64,000 nt of DNA from an uncultured delta proteobacterium (GTDB lineage Bacteria > Desulfobacterota > Syntrophorhabdia > Syntrophorhabdales > WCHB1-27): positions 1 to 64,000 of the forward strand of contig CAWEPK010000003.1 of assembly GCA_963810935.1 (NCBI GenBank), written 5' to 3'. A model generated the notes under the pieces. That model did not search any database, had not been told where the DNA came from, and saw only the letters and a list, made by a program, of their open reading frames with translations. This document shows, piece after piece, positions 27,969 to 37,649 of this stretch (within the stretch, counting starts at the first letter, position 1; the number at the start of each line of letters is the position of its first letter). Made by a program: the position numbers and the translations under genes.

Positions 27969-28889
27969 TTAGCCTTCCGGCCTCGGGAGCAGCCCCGCTT
28001 TTTCGACGAGCTCGGGGACGGCTTCTTCCCACTCGATCGCCATTATATGGACACCCCGCACGCCTTTTATGCTTTTTAGCGCCTCGATCGTCTCGACCGC
28101 GACCTTGATCCCCTCGGCGCGCTGCTGGCCGGCGGGTACGCCCTTCATGCGGGCGATCACCTCTTCCGGTATGTCCATGCCCGCCACGTTCTTCGCCATA
28201 TACTCGGCCATCCGGGCGGATTTAAGCGGGGTAACGCCGGCGAGGATCGCGACTTTCGCCTCGAGGCCCTTGTCCGTCACTTCCGCCATGAACGCCTTGA
28301 AGCGGGCGAGGTTGTACACGCACTGGGTTTGGATGAACTCGGCCCCGGCGCGCACCTTCTTTGCGAGCCTCGCCGTGCGATAGTTCATCGGGTCTCCGAA
28401 GGGGTTCTCGACTGCGCCGATAAAAAGGTCGGGCGCGCTTGAGAGCTGGTCGCCCCCGAGAATCACGCCACTATCGCGCATCTCGCGCACTACCTTAAGC
28501 AACTGTATCGAGTCGAGGTCGAAGACACCCTTTGCCTCCGGCTGGTTGCCTAAGGCCTGGTGGTCGCCCGAAAGGCAGAGGATGTTCCTTATGCCTAGGG
28601 CGGAGGCGCCGAGGACGTCCGACTGCAGGGCGATCCTGTTGCGGTCCCTAGTCACCATCTGCAGGACGGGGTCGAGCCCTTCCTGCCTCAATATCGCGCA
28701 CGAGGCGAGGCTCGACAGGCGGACGACGCCCGTCTGGTTGTCCGTAACGTTTACGCTGTCCACGAAGCCTTTCAGAAGCAGCCCCTTTTTCCGCACTGCC
28801 TCGGGGTCTGCCCCCTTCGGCGGACCGCACTCGGCGGTCACAGCGAAACGGCCAGTCGTCAGCACTTTTTTCAGCCGGCTCTCGATCAT
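27969..28889 (-). CDS. metF: Methylenetetrahydrofolate reductase
   Basis: AECGPPKG, NVTDNQ, RDRNRIALQS, LCLSGDH, KVRAGAEFIQTQ and GVHIM motifs. Confidence 0.88.
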   Translation of the reverse strand: MIESRLKKVLTTGRFAVTAECGPPKGADPEAVRKKGLLLKGFVDSVNVTDNQTGVVRLSSLASCAILRQEGLDPVLQMVTRDRNRIALQSDVLGASALGIRNILCLSGDHQALGNQPEAKGVFDLDSIQLLKVVREMRDSGVILGGDQLSSAPDLFIGAVENPFGDPMNYRTARLAKKVRAGAEFIQTQCVYNLARFKAFMAEVTDKGLEAKVAILAGVTPLKSARMAEYMAKNVAGMDIPEEVIARMKGVPAGQQRAEGIKVAVETIEALKSIKGVRGVHIMAIEWEEAVPELVEKAGLLPRPEG

Positions 28890-29557
28890 CACGCTCTCTG
28901 GTCCTCCCTGACGATTTTCCTGGGCCCTTTGCCCTGCTTCTTTGCCCAGTTGGCGGGTGGGTGCACCTCTTCCATCGACGCAAGCCGGCCCGTCTCTTCC
29001 AGGCGCGTGATGATAAGCTGCCAGGCGCACGGGCTGTCGGGGTCCGCCTCGCATTTGCCTTCTTTGGAGCCGCCGCACGGCCCGTTGAAAAGCCCTTTGG
29101 CGCAGCGCGTTATGGGACAGATATCGGCGAAGGTGTCGAGCTTGCAGTCTCCGCAGCCGCGGCAGTCCTCAATCCAGACGCCTGCTTCCCGCGTCTCCGC
29201 TATGGCGGTCGTGTTGAGGGCCGGGACGATGTGTATCTTCGGCAGCACCTCGGCCATCGCCTGCACGCCCGCGCCGCAACCCAGGGAAAGGATCGCGTCG
29301 TATTTGTCCGCGACGGGGGTGACCTGGTCGATGAACTCGTAGACGCACTGCCTATCTAGGGTCATCTCTTTTATTTCGATTTTCTTGTGCTCCTTCGACG
29401 CATCGATGCGGAGCTGAGACGCCAGGAGGGCCACTTCCTTCTCGCCGCCGGCCGCACACTCTGCCACGCACGTGCCGCATCCGACGATGAGGATCTTCTT
29501 GTAGCGGCCGATGCTCGCCTTTATCTCCTCGAAGGGTTTTCTTTCAGCGCTGATCAT
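28889..29557 (-). CDS. metV: MetV-like Fe-S subunit of methylene-THF reductase
   Basis: GCGTCVAEC, CRGCGDC.L....CP.TRCAKGLFNGPCGG...KCE and CAW motifs. Confidence 0.85.
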   Translation of the reverse strand: MISAERKPFEEIKASIGRYKKILIVGCGTCVAECAAGGEKEVALLASQLRIDASKEHKKIEIKEMTLDRQCVYEFIDQVTPVADKYDAILSLGCGAGVQAMAEVLPKIHIVPALNTTAIAETREAGVWIEDCRGCGDCKLDTFADICPITRCAKGLFNGPCGGSKEGKCEADPDSPCAWQLIITRLEETGRLASMEEVHPPANWAKKQGKGPRKIVREDQRA

Positions 29558-29615
29558 CGTTCACTCCTTATTATAGCCCCGGCGCTATTCGACGTGCGCC
29601 GGGCGTCTCGCTCTT

Positions 29616-30005
29616 TTAAGGCTTGGGAAGACCGAGGAGCTCGCGGGCGAGGACGTCTATCGACACGGGTTGGGCCCCCGGCGTCACCGCCTCCAGGCAC
29701 TCTGCGGGAACGCCTATCTCCTTGAGGAGGCCGCGCGCGTATTCGAGCCGCTTTTTGGCGCGCGCGTTGCCCTCGCGGTACCTGCACGCCCCTTCCGGGC
29801 ACGTGACCAGGTAGACTTTTTCGGCGCCCGCCTCTATGGCCCTGAGCAGATGGAGCGATTCTATTCTTCCGCTGCATGGCAGCGGGAAGAAACGGATCGT
29901 CCCACCGGACTCCTTTTCAAGGGCGCGCCTGTTCGTGTTTTCGTTCGGGTCTATCTGACGACAGAAAAAGATATTGGTGTTGGTACGGATATTTTCGGTT
30001 TTCAT
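29616..30005 (-). CDS. mvhD: MvhD-like 2Fe-2S subunit
   Basis: PCSGRI..LHLLRA...GA..V....CPEGACRY..GN..A. Confidence 0.8.
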   Translation of the reverse strand: MKTENIRTNTNIFFCRQIDPNENTNRRALEKESGGTIRFFPLPCSGRIESLHLLRAIEAGAEKVYLVTCPEGACRYREGNARAKKRLEYARGLLKEIGVPAECLEAVTPGAQPVSIDVLARELLGLPKP

Positions 30006-30024
30006 GCCTTCCGCCCGTCGTAAT

Positions 30025-30073
30025 AAAAAGGACGTCCGGAGTGGACGTCCCGTCTTTTTGACACCCCTCTGTG
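30025..30073 (-). promoter_or_regulatory. ANTAR-type attenuator of the mvhD-metVF-gltB operon
   Basis: CAC-AGAGGG-GTG, then GAC-GGGAC-GTC overlapping terminator GGACGTCC-actcc-GGACGTCC-TTTTT. Confidence 0.6.
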
Positions 30074-30080
30074 GTCGGCT

Positions 30081-30109
30081 AGTTTAACAAAACAAACAAC
30101 GCATGTCAA
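30081..30109 (-). promoter_or_regulatory. Sigma-70 promoter
   Basis: TTGACA-17nt-TAAACT. Confidence 0.65.
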
Positions 30110-30192
30110 TGCCTATGGGCGTTATTCGTTGCGTGCCCGGCGTAAGTCGGCGAAAGAGCGGTATATCTCACGCCGGGCACGCAAGTACCCGA

Positions 30193-32289
30193 TTAAAGCT
30201 TGAACAGGAGATCCGCGTAATTCGGCACCGGCCACATATCCTTAGGCACCAGCCCCTCCATCCGGTCTACGTCACCGCGCAAATCCTTCATTGCGGGAAC
30301 GACCTTGTCGCGGAGCCATTCTGCCTTCTTCACGACGTCGCCTATCCCCTCCGCCTTCGCGGTTGCCGCTTCCAGTTGGGCCACGCTCTTAAAAGAAGAC
30401 GCAAGGATGTCCGCCAGTTGTTTCAAAAGCTCGGTCTGGGCGGAAGCCGCCACGCCGGCGGACTTGAAACCGGCTGCGGAATCGGCCAGGAAGGTCGCGT
30501 ATTTCATCCCGGCGGGCAGGAACTGTTTCCTGGACATATCGATCGCCGTAAGCGCCTCTATATTGATCTGTTTAGCATAAGTGTCCACGTAGATGTCGTA
30601 GCGCGAGTGCAGCTCCTTGTGCGAGAGGACGCCGTATTTCTCGAAGAGCGCCAGCGCCTTCTTGGTGGTGAAGGCTTTTAGTGCGTCAACGGAGTTCCCT
30701 ACGTTCGGCAGGCCGCGCTTTTCCGCCTCCACGACCCATCCTTCCGAATAGTTGTTTCCGTTGAAGATCACCCGGCTATGCTTCTTATAGATGTCCTTGA
30801 CTATCGCCGCAGCTTCCAGGTTCTTGTTTTTGGCCTTTTCGAGGCGGGTCGCTATCTCGTCGAGGGCTTCGGCCGTGATTGTGTTAAGGGCTACGTTTGG
30901 CCCCGAGATCGACTGGGCCGAGCCGACGGTCCGAAATTCGAACTTATTGCCCGTGAAGGCGAATGGCGAGGTCCTGTTACGATCCGTATTGTCCTTGGGG
31001 ATCATGGGCAGCGTGTCAACGCCCACCTTGACGAATTGCGCGCCTCTTGCCGAGAACTTTTCGCCTTTCGATATCTTCTCGAGGATTTCCGTAAGGTCGT
31101 CGCCCATAAAGACCGAGACGATGGCCGGCGGGGCCTCGTTGGCGCCGAGCCGATGATCGTTTCCGGCGCTCGCGCAGGTAGCCCTGAGTATATCGGCATG
31201 CGTATCTACGGCCTTCAGGAGGGCGCTCAGGAAGAGGAGGAATGTTACGTTTTCGCCCGGCGTGTGTCCGGGTTCGAGCAGGTTGATGTTGTCATCGGTC
31301 GAGAGAGACCAGTTGTTGTGCTTGCCCGACCCATTAATACCGGCATACGGTTTTTCGTGAAGCAGGCACACGAGCCCATGGCGGAAGGCCACCTTCTGCA
31401 TCGTCTCCATGACGAGCTGGTTGTGGTCGGCAGCGATATTGGTGGTGGTAAAGACAGGGGCCATCTCGTACTGCGCCGGTGCAACCTCGTTATGCTTGGT
31501 CTTGGAAAGGATGCCCATCTTCCACAGCTCGGTGTCGAGGTCTTGCATGTAGGCGGAAACTCTGTCTTTAATCGCTCCGAAGTACTGATCCTCAAGCTCT
31601 TGCCCCTTTGGAGCGGGGGCGCCGAACATGGTGCGGCCGGTCAGCATGAGGTCGGTGCGCTCCATATAAAACTTCTTGTCCACGAGAAAATATTCCTGCT
31701 CGGGACCGACAGTCGATGTCACTTTCGACGATGTGGTGTTGCCCAGTGCCTTCAGCACCCGCAACGCCTGCTTCGAGACTGCGGCCATCGAGCGGAGCAG
31801 GGGCGTCTTCTTATCGAGTGCTTCGCCGTTATAGGAATAGAAGGCCGTCGGGATGGTCAACGTTACGTTGCCGCTTTCGTCTTCCTTGAGGAACGCCGGA
31901 GACGTGCAATCCCAGGCCGTATATCCCCTCGCCTCGAAGGTGGCGCGCAAACCGCCGCTCGGGAACGAAGAGGCATCCGGCTCGCCCTGTATAAGCTGTT
32001 TTCCGGAAAATTCCATGACGATGCCGCCGTCCGCGGTCGGGGATATGAATGAATCGTGTTTCTCCGCCGTTATGCCGGTCAGGGGATGGAACCAGTGCGT
32101 GTAGTGTGTGGCCCCTTTCTCAATGGCCCAGTCCTTCATGGCGTTCGCAACTATGTCCGCGACATGCGGCTGCAAGGGCAGATCTTTTTCGATCGTTTGC
32201 CTCAGGGCCTTGTAAATTTCCTTGGGGAGTCTTTCCTTCATGACCTTATCGTTGAAAACGTTGGAGCCGAAAACTTCCGTAAGCTTCAT
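30193..32289 (-). CDS. glnA: Glutamine synthetase type III
   Basis: [49 protein letters not shown] and [25 protein letters not shown] before ATG 32289. Confidence 0.93.
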   Translation of the reverse strand: MKLTEVFGSNVFNDKVMKERLPKEIYKALRQTIEKDLPLQPHVADIVANAMKDWAIEKGATHYTHWFHPLTGITAEKHDSFISPTADGGIVMEFSGKQLIQGEPDASSFPSGGLRATFEARGYTAWDCTSPAFLKEDESGNVTLTIPTAFYSYNGEALDKKTPLLRSMAAVSKQALRVLKALGNTTSSKVTSTVGPEQEYFLVDKKFYMERTDLMLTGRTMFGAPAPKGQELEDQYFGAIKDRVSAYMQDLDTELWKMGILSKTKHNEVAPAQYEMAPVFTTTNIAADHNQLVMETMQKVAFRHGLVCLLHEKPYAGINGSGKHNNWSLSTDDNINLLEPGHTPGENVTFLLFLSALLKAVDTHADILRATCASAGNDHRLGANEAPPAIVSVFMGDDLTEILEKISKGEKFSARGAQFVKVGVDTLPMIPKDNTDRNRTSPFAFTGNKFEFRTVGSAQSISGPNVALNTITAEALDEIATRLEKAKNKNLEAAAIVKDIYKKHSRVIFNGNNYSEGWVVEAEKRGLPNVGNSVDALKAFTTKKALALFEKYGVLSHKELHSRYDIYVDTYAKQINIEALTAIDMSRKQFLPAGMKYATFLADSAAGFKSAGVAASAQTELLKQLADILASSFKSVAQLEAATAKAEGIGDVVKKAEWLRDKVVPAMKDLRGDVDRMEGLVPKDMWPVPNYADLLFKL

Positions 32290-32398
32290 GGTCTTATTTT
32301 TCCTCCTTGCTTTTTTGTAAATCCTCTCGGACATGGGAGAACAGGCCCAATGACCTTACAGGTCCATTTTTATGCGAGATGTGTAACGTCTCGCCGTT

Positions 32399-32428
32399 TA
32401 CAAGTAAAATCTACACTAATATGGTAAC
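32399..32428 (-). promoter_or_regulatory. Candidate alternative-sigma promoter GTTACCA-N16-ACTTGTA (glnA)
   Basis: Exact 7+7 nt boxes with a 16-nt spacer; also at 34472 and 44169. Confidence 0.72.
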
Positions 32429-32471
32429 TCCCGCCACTGGATTCTCTCGGCGGCTGCCGGAATCCGGCGGC

Positions 32472-32813
32472 CTACCCTATGGCGCTGCCGTCGCGCTCGC
32501 CGGTCCGTATCCGGATGCACTCCTCCAGGGGCAGCACGAATATCTTGCCGTCCCCGATTTCTCCGGTACGGCCTCCCTTGATGATCGCCTCGGTCGTCCG
32601 CTCCACGAAATCATCGTTGACTGCTATAAGAAGCTGGACCTTTCTGAGCAGGTTTCCCATCTCCTTGACGCCCCTGTAGACTTCGGTCACGCCCATCTGG
32701 CGTCCGTGGCCCAGCACCTCGCTTACCGTTATCAGGTTTACTTCCGCCTTGTACAGTTCTTCCTTTACCGCCTCCAGCCTGTCCGGTTTAATAATGGCGA
32801 TAATTACTTTCAT
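32472..32813 (-). CDS. glnK: PII nitrogen regulatory protein (amt-linked)
   Basis: IAIIKP, GHGRQ.G..EVYRG and TGEIGDGKIFV..E..RIRTGE. Confidence 0.9.
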   Translation of the reverse strand: MKVIIAIIKPDRLEAVKEELYKAEVNLITVSEVLGHGRQMGVTEVYRGVKEMGNLLRKVQLLIAVNDDFVERTTEAIIKGGRTGEIGDGKIFVLPLEECIRIRTGERDGSAIG

Positions 32814-32836
32814 GCTCTCCTCCCTCCTCTTAACTT

Positions 32837-32890
32837 TCGGCGCTCGCATACGCTCGCTTTAATACCCTGCTGCTTGCAGCAGGGTATTTA
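32837..32890. repeat. Partial REP-like repeat with hairpin
   Basis: TCGGCGCTCGCATACGCTCGCTT plus AATACCCTGCTGC-TT-GCAGCAGGGTATT. Confidence 0.6.
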
Positions 32891-32893
32891 TCG

Positions 32894-34120
32894 TTATTCG
32901 AGTATCGTATATGCGTTCTCGTTGTGCTGCGTGAGGTCGAGGCCCATGATCTCTTCCTTTTCGGGGACCCTCATACCTATCACCCAATCGACCACCTTGT
33001 AAAGAATAATACTTGCGACGAAGCTGTACGCGAGGGTCACCCCGACGGCCGCTGCCTGGATCAGGAGCTGCTTGGGGTTGCCCAGGAAAAGGCCGTTCGC
33101 ACCATCCGGGTTGACGAGCTTCGAGGCGAAAAGCCCGGTGGCCAGCGCGCCGAAGACGCCGCCGACGCAATGGACGCCGAAGGTGTCGAGCGAGTCGTCA
33201 TATCCGAGCAGCGGCTTCACGATTGCGACGGCCAGGAAGCAGAAGAGGCTGACGAATATGCCTATAATGATGGCCGGGATGACGCTTACATAGCCGGACG
33301 CCGGCGTGATCGCCACGAGTCCTGCGACTGCACCCGTTGCCGTACCGAAGGCCGTCGGCTTGCCGTTGTGGATCCATTCTATAAACGCCCATGAAAGGCC
33401 GGCCGTCGCAGCGGCTGTATTAGTCACCACAAACGCGTTTACCGCCAGGCCGTTCGCAGCCAGGGCGCTGCCCGCGTTAAACCCGAACCAGCCGAACCAG
33501 AGCAGCGCGGTGCCAAGGATAACGTGCGGCAGGTTGTGGGGCGGAATGGGCTTCTTATCGTAGCCTTTCCTTTTGCCTATCAGGAGGCAGGTGGCCAGCG
33601 CCGCGATGCCGGAATTGATATGGACGACGGTGCCCCCCGCGAAATCGAGCGCCCCCAGGTCCTTAAGCCATCCGCCTATGCCCCATACCCAGTGTGCGAC
33701 GGGGTCGTAGACAAAGGTGGCCCAAAGGACAATGAATACGCAGAACCCGGAGAACTTCATGCGCTCCGCGAATGCTCCCACGATCAGGGCAGGCGTTATG
33801 ATGGCGAACATGGCCTGGAAGATCATGAACGCCTGGTGGGGGATCGTCGGCGCGTAATCCTTAAACACTTCCAGGCCGACGCCGTTCAGGCCCGCCCACT
33901 GGAGGCCGCCCCAGAACCCCTTGCCGGGCCCGAACGCAAGGCTATACCCGTAGAGTACCCACTGGAGGCTGATAATCGCGAGGATCGTAAAGCACTGCAT
34001 CAGCACGCTGAGGACGTTCTTGCGCCGAACCATACCCCCATAAAAGAAAGCCAGGCCGGGGGTCATGAGCATTACCAGTGCCGAGCACGCCAGCACCCAT
34101 CCAGTATCACCCGTGTTCAT
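32894..34120 (-). CDS. amtB: Ammonium transporter (amt1)
   Basis: MTPGLAFFYGG, GAFAER, DFAGGTVVH, WFGWFGFNAGS and DDSLD.FGVH. Confidence 0.95.
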   Translation of the reverse strand: MNTGDTGWVLACSALVMLMTPGLAFFYGGMVRRKNVLSVLMQCFTILAIISLQWVLYGYSLAFGPGKGFWGGLQWAGLNGVGLEVFKDYAPTIPHQAFMIFQAMFAIITPALIVGAFAERMKFSGFCVFIVLWATFVYDPVAHWVWGIGGWLKDLGALDFAGGTVVHINSGIAALATCLLIGKRKGYDKKPIPPHNLPHVILGTALLWFGWFGFNAGSALAANGLAVNAFVVTNTAAATAGLSWAFIEWIHNGKPTAFGTATGAVAGLVAITPASGYVSVIPAIIIGIFVSLFCFLAVAIVKPLLGYDDSLDTFGVHCVGGVFGALATGLFASKLVNPDGANGLFLGNPKQLLIQAAAVGVTLAYSFVASIILYKVVDWVIGMRVPEKEEIMGLDLTQHNENAYTILE

Positions 34121-34148
34121 GAAAGTCTCCTCCTTGGACTCAAACAAT

Positions 34149-34310
34149 TATTGGGGCTCAGCACCCCCTCCACCGGCAAAGCCGGCGGAGCCACCCTGCT
34201 CGGCGCTTCGCATTCGCTCGCTTTTTACTGCCGGCGCTCGGTACTCGCTCCGGCAGTAATCGGGTTTGACACCACCTCCACGAGCAAAGCTCGCGGAGCC
34301 TCCCCCTCAT
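34149..34310. repeat. Two tandem REP/MITE-like units in the amt1 leader
   Basis: CCCCTCCAC-hairpin-GGAGCC(T/A)CCC core at 34149-34225 and 34262-34310. Confidence 0.65.
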
Positions 34311-34324
34311 AAAAAGGAAAGGGC

Positions 34325-34445
34325 AAAATAAAAAGGCGCCTCCTGTCCTTCAAGTACGTGGACAAGGGACGCCTTCGTCCGGTCGCCAGGGCAAAAAAAT
34401 GGCGCTCTTTTCTAAGAACGCCGCCGTTTTAACACTTCAACGTGT
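34325..34445 (-). promoter_or_regulatory. Double ANTAR-type attenuator of amt1-glnK
   Basis: ACAC-GTTGAA-GTGT; AAC-GGCGGC-GTT overlapping terminator 1; GGAC-GAAGGC-GTCC overlapping terminator 2. Confidence 0.72.
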
Positions 34446-34471
34446 CTGCCCGATCTGCGGGCTTATATGAC

Positions 34472-34501
34472 TACAAGTAAAAGTTTAAGTCTTTTGGTAA
34501 C
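34472..34501 (-). promoter_or_regulatory. Candidate alternative-sigma promoter GTTACCA-N16-ACTTGTA (amt1)
   Basis: Exact match to the other two copies. Confidence 0.72.
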
Positions 34502-34507
34502 CGGCAA

Positions 34508-34600
34508 TTATTGGGACACCCGCAAGCGGGTACCCGGTCGCCCCCTCCACGTGCGAAGCCCGTGGAGCCTCCCCCTCACAGACTCGCTTTCGCTCGTGGT
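34508..34600. repeat. REP/MITE-like unit
   Basis: TTATTGGG...CCCCCTCCAC..GTGGAGCCTCCCCCTC. Confidence 0.6.
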
Positions 34601-34601
34601 C

Positions 34602-35834
34602 CTAGGTACCCGGCGGTTTGCAGCAGGGTAATCTCGAAAGGCCCGGAAAGAGGCGCGCCCATGTGCACCTTGCCTTGATAAGCCCGCCTGTTTCCTGCGA
34701 GACGTCGATCTTTTTGCCTATCAGGCTCACGTAGAGGCCCTCGTTCTGCACGTCGCCCACAAAGGCGAAGCCTTTGAGCACGCCGTCTTCCATCAGGACC
34801 TTCCTGCAAGACCGCTCGTCCTCTTCCCGCAAGACGCCCGGCCCTTCGTCCCTGCTCCTGCCGGCAGTAAATATGGAGACGCCGAATACGCGCAGGACGT
34901 TCCTGGCAAGGCTTCCCGCATATGCGGCCTGCGCCCCCGACATATTGAAGGCCGCTATCCTGCCCTGCTCCACAGCGGCGGGCCACAGGGCATTTACCCT
35001 CGGCTCCCCGTAAACGACGTCCATCGTCTCGACTGCGTCGCCCGCCGCAAAAATGCCGGGCAGGCTTGTCTCCTGGCGATCATCGACGCATATGCCTTTC
35101 TTTACGTCTACGCCGCTGCTTGCGAGAAAGGCGGTGCAGGGGCGGACCCCTTTGCCGAAAATTACCAGGTCGCAGGCCCTCCCGCCGCCCGATTTAAGAG
35201 AAACTTCTCCGTCCTCCCCGATCTCCGTGATGTCGTCGCCGGTGAGGACCTCCACCCCCAGCGCTTCTGCTTTCCGGCGGACGAATTCCGCTGCCGGCTT
35301 GTCGAGCATCGAGGAGAGAATGCGGTCCGAGGAGACGACATAGGTGATTTCCATGCCCAACTTGCGCAGCGCGTCGCCCGTTTCCATGCTCACCGGGCCC
35401 GCGCCCGCTATAACGGCCCGGCCTGCGCTCCCCTTGACCAGCCCCTTCATCCGGGCCACATCGGGCAGGTCGCGGACGGTGAAGACAAACGGCAGGGAAG
35501 CGCCCTTCGTTTGCGGTTTTTCCGGGACGCCGCCGGTCGCGATAAGCAGCCTGTCATAGCTGAAGTCCCGGCCCGGACGGACAAGCACCCGGCGCCTGTA
35601 GTGGTCTATCTCCGTAACCTCCGCACCGGTAATGACCGATACGCCTTCCGGGACAGGCAGAAAAATGTGCTTTTCTTCCACCTCATTCGAAAGGCGGTAG
35701 GGCAGGGCCATCTTCGCGTAGGGGGCGACCCCCTCCTTCGACAGAACCGTAACGGCGCTTGCGGGATCGAGGCGTCGCAGCCATGCAGCGGCCGTCATCC
35801 CTGCGGGACCTGCGCCTATGATAAGGTAGTTCAT
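34602..35834 (-). CDS. FAD/NAD(P)-dependent oxidoreductase (AorC-like)
   Basis: IIGAGPAG, LLIATG and TS.PGIFAAGD; last gene of the AOR operon. Confidence 0.85.
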   Translation of the reverse strand: MNYLIIGAGPAGMTAAAWLRRLDPASAVTVLSKEGVAPYAKMALPYRLSNEVEEKHIFLPVPEGVSVITGAEVTEIDHYRRRVLVRPGRDFSYDRLLIATGGVPEKPQTKGASLPFVFTVRDLPDVARMKGLVKGSAGRAVIAGAGPVSMETGDALRKLGMEITYVVSSDRILSSMLDKPAAEFVRRKAEALGVEVLTGDDITEIGEDGEVSLKSGGGRACDLVIFGKGVRPCTAFLASSGVDVKKGICVDDRQETSLPGIFAAGDAVETMDVVYGEPRVNALWPAAVEQGRIAAFNMSGAQAAYAGSLARNVLRVFGVSIFTAGRSRDEGPGVLREEDERSCRKVLMEDGVLKGFAFVGDVQNEGLYVSLIGKKIDVSQETGGLIKARCTWARLFPGLSRLPCCKPPGT

Positions 35835-35843
35835 TGTCCGGTC

Positions 35844-37647
35844 CTAAAGGTCGAGCTCAGCGAGCTTCTCCTTGCCCGGCACCCCTGTCGCGCTCCATCC
35901 GCGCAGGCTGTAGTACTCGGGCAGCATCTTCACAAGCTCGCTCACGTGCCCCTTCGCTCCGCCTTCGGCCAGAGGCACTTTCAACAGGCGCTCGGGCAGC
36001 GTATCGTCTTTCGCCGTAAACCCGGCCTTGATATTATAAAGGCGCTCGAGGTTCCAGATGCGCTCGCCCGCCTTCATAAATTCGTCGGTCGTGTACGGGA
36101 CGCCGGTAGCAGCGCTCAATAGCTCCGCGATCTCGTCCGCGCCGATGCCGAAGGTGGCAAAGAGGCACATGCCCGTCGAATCGAGGGCCGCTGTCAGGTT
36201 CTGGAAGATAATGACCCACTGTGCCTTTCCAACGGTCGCCGTCATATCGATTTTCACAGGGTTGCCGAGCACCTCCACCGCCGTCGTGTAGCCCCGGACG
36301 TGGCAGCCGCCCCGGTTGCCCGTTGCATAATTGAGCCCTATGCCCTGCAGGGCCCGCGGGTCGTAAGCGGGCATCTCCTGCTTCTTCACGGTCATCGAAT
36401 ACTCCGGATGCTCGTAGCTCGCTGCGAGCCGGTAGCTCCCCATCCCAAGCTTTTTGCCGAACCCGACGCCGACGCCTGTCAGGCGGACCATCTCGACCAT
36501 GGCCTCCGCGTTGCCGAAATTCAACGGTATGCCCCCCGTCTCATCGAGACCGATAATACCGTCTTCGAACATCTCCATCGCGCAGGCGACGGTCGAGCCC
36601 ATGGAGATCGTGTCGATGCCGTATTCGTTGCAGAGGTAATTCGCCTTCGTCACCGCATCGAGGTCGTCGACGCCGCACGCGGGCCCGAAGGCCCAGGCGC
36701 TCTCGTACTCCGGCCCCTCTCCGTGGCCCGCGTATTTGGGGTTGGTGACCCGCGTCGCGCGGCCGCAGCTTATGATGCAGGAAAAACACCCTCTGGGGCG
36801 CGTAAGGATCTGTTTGGAAAGCGATTCGCCGCCGACCCTGTCAGCACCGGCAAACATGGGCTGCCGGAAGTTACGGGTGGGCAGGCCGCCGCTTTCGTTG
36901 AGGATATTGACCAGCACGTCCGTTCCGAAGGCCCGCAACCCCCCGCCGCCCACGGGGTGGCTCTTTATCTTCGTCCAGGCATTCGTCATCGCCTTCCGGA
37001 AGGCGTCCGCGTCGGCTACCCGGACCGCGCCTGTGCCCCGGACTGCCACCGCCTTGAGGTTCTTGGCGCCCATGACGGCCCCGACGCCGGTCCGCCCGGC
37101 CGCCCGGCCGTACTCGTTCATGATATTCGCCATGAGGACACCACGCTCTCCGGCAGGCCCGATGCAGGCGACGCTCGCCTCCGGGTCCGTCTCGAGCCGC
37201 ACCGTGTCCGTAGTCTTGTCGGCCGTTTTCCCCCAGAGATGGGCCGCGTCGCGGACCGCAACCGCGTCGTCGTCGATCCAGATATAGACCGGTGTTCTTC
37301 GCCTGCCCTTCAACGACCAGAAGGTCGTAGCCCGCGTACTTCAGCATGGGGCCGAAGACGCCGCCCGAGCTGGAGGCCGCGATCGTGCCCGTAAGGGGGC
37401 CTTTCGTCACGACATCGAAGTGGCCCGCGGACGGGGCGTTCGTGCCCGAAAGCGGCCCAGGCGCGAAGATCAGCTTGTTCTTCGGGCCCAGCGGATCGAT
37501 GGAGGGGTCCGTCTCAGCGAACATCAGATAGGTCCCGAGCCCGCGGGCGCCGATATATTTTTTCGCCGTTGAAAGATCGAGCGGCTCTTTGACGATCGAC
37601 CCGCTCGATAAGTCGATTCGGAGGATCTGGCCGGTCCAGCCGTTCAT
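35844..37647 (-). CDS. aor: Aldehyde:ferredoxin oxidoreductase (W/Mo-pterin), split by a 1-nt frameshift near 37296
   Basis: GW.G.ILRIDLS in 36871-37647; IGPAGE, GR.G.GAVMG.KNLKA, GPEYE and G.DTIS.G in 35844-37313. Confidence 0.88.
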
Positions 37648-37649
37648 CG

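Noticed and set aside
22319..32289. N-methylglutamate (methylamine) pathway
   Set aside because: The GS is a ~700-aa type III enzyme rather than GmaS, and no mgd/sox-like dehydrogenase is in the window; not excluded but unsupported
32335..32395. glnA leader as a glutamine riboswitch or ANTAR site
   Set aside because: Hairpins exist, but the riboswitch E-loop and P1 conserved bases are missing, and there is no twin hexaloop or U-tailed terminator
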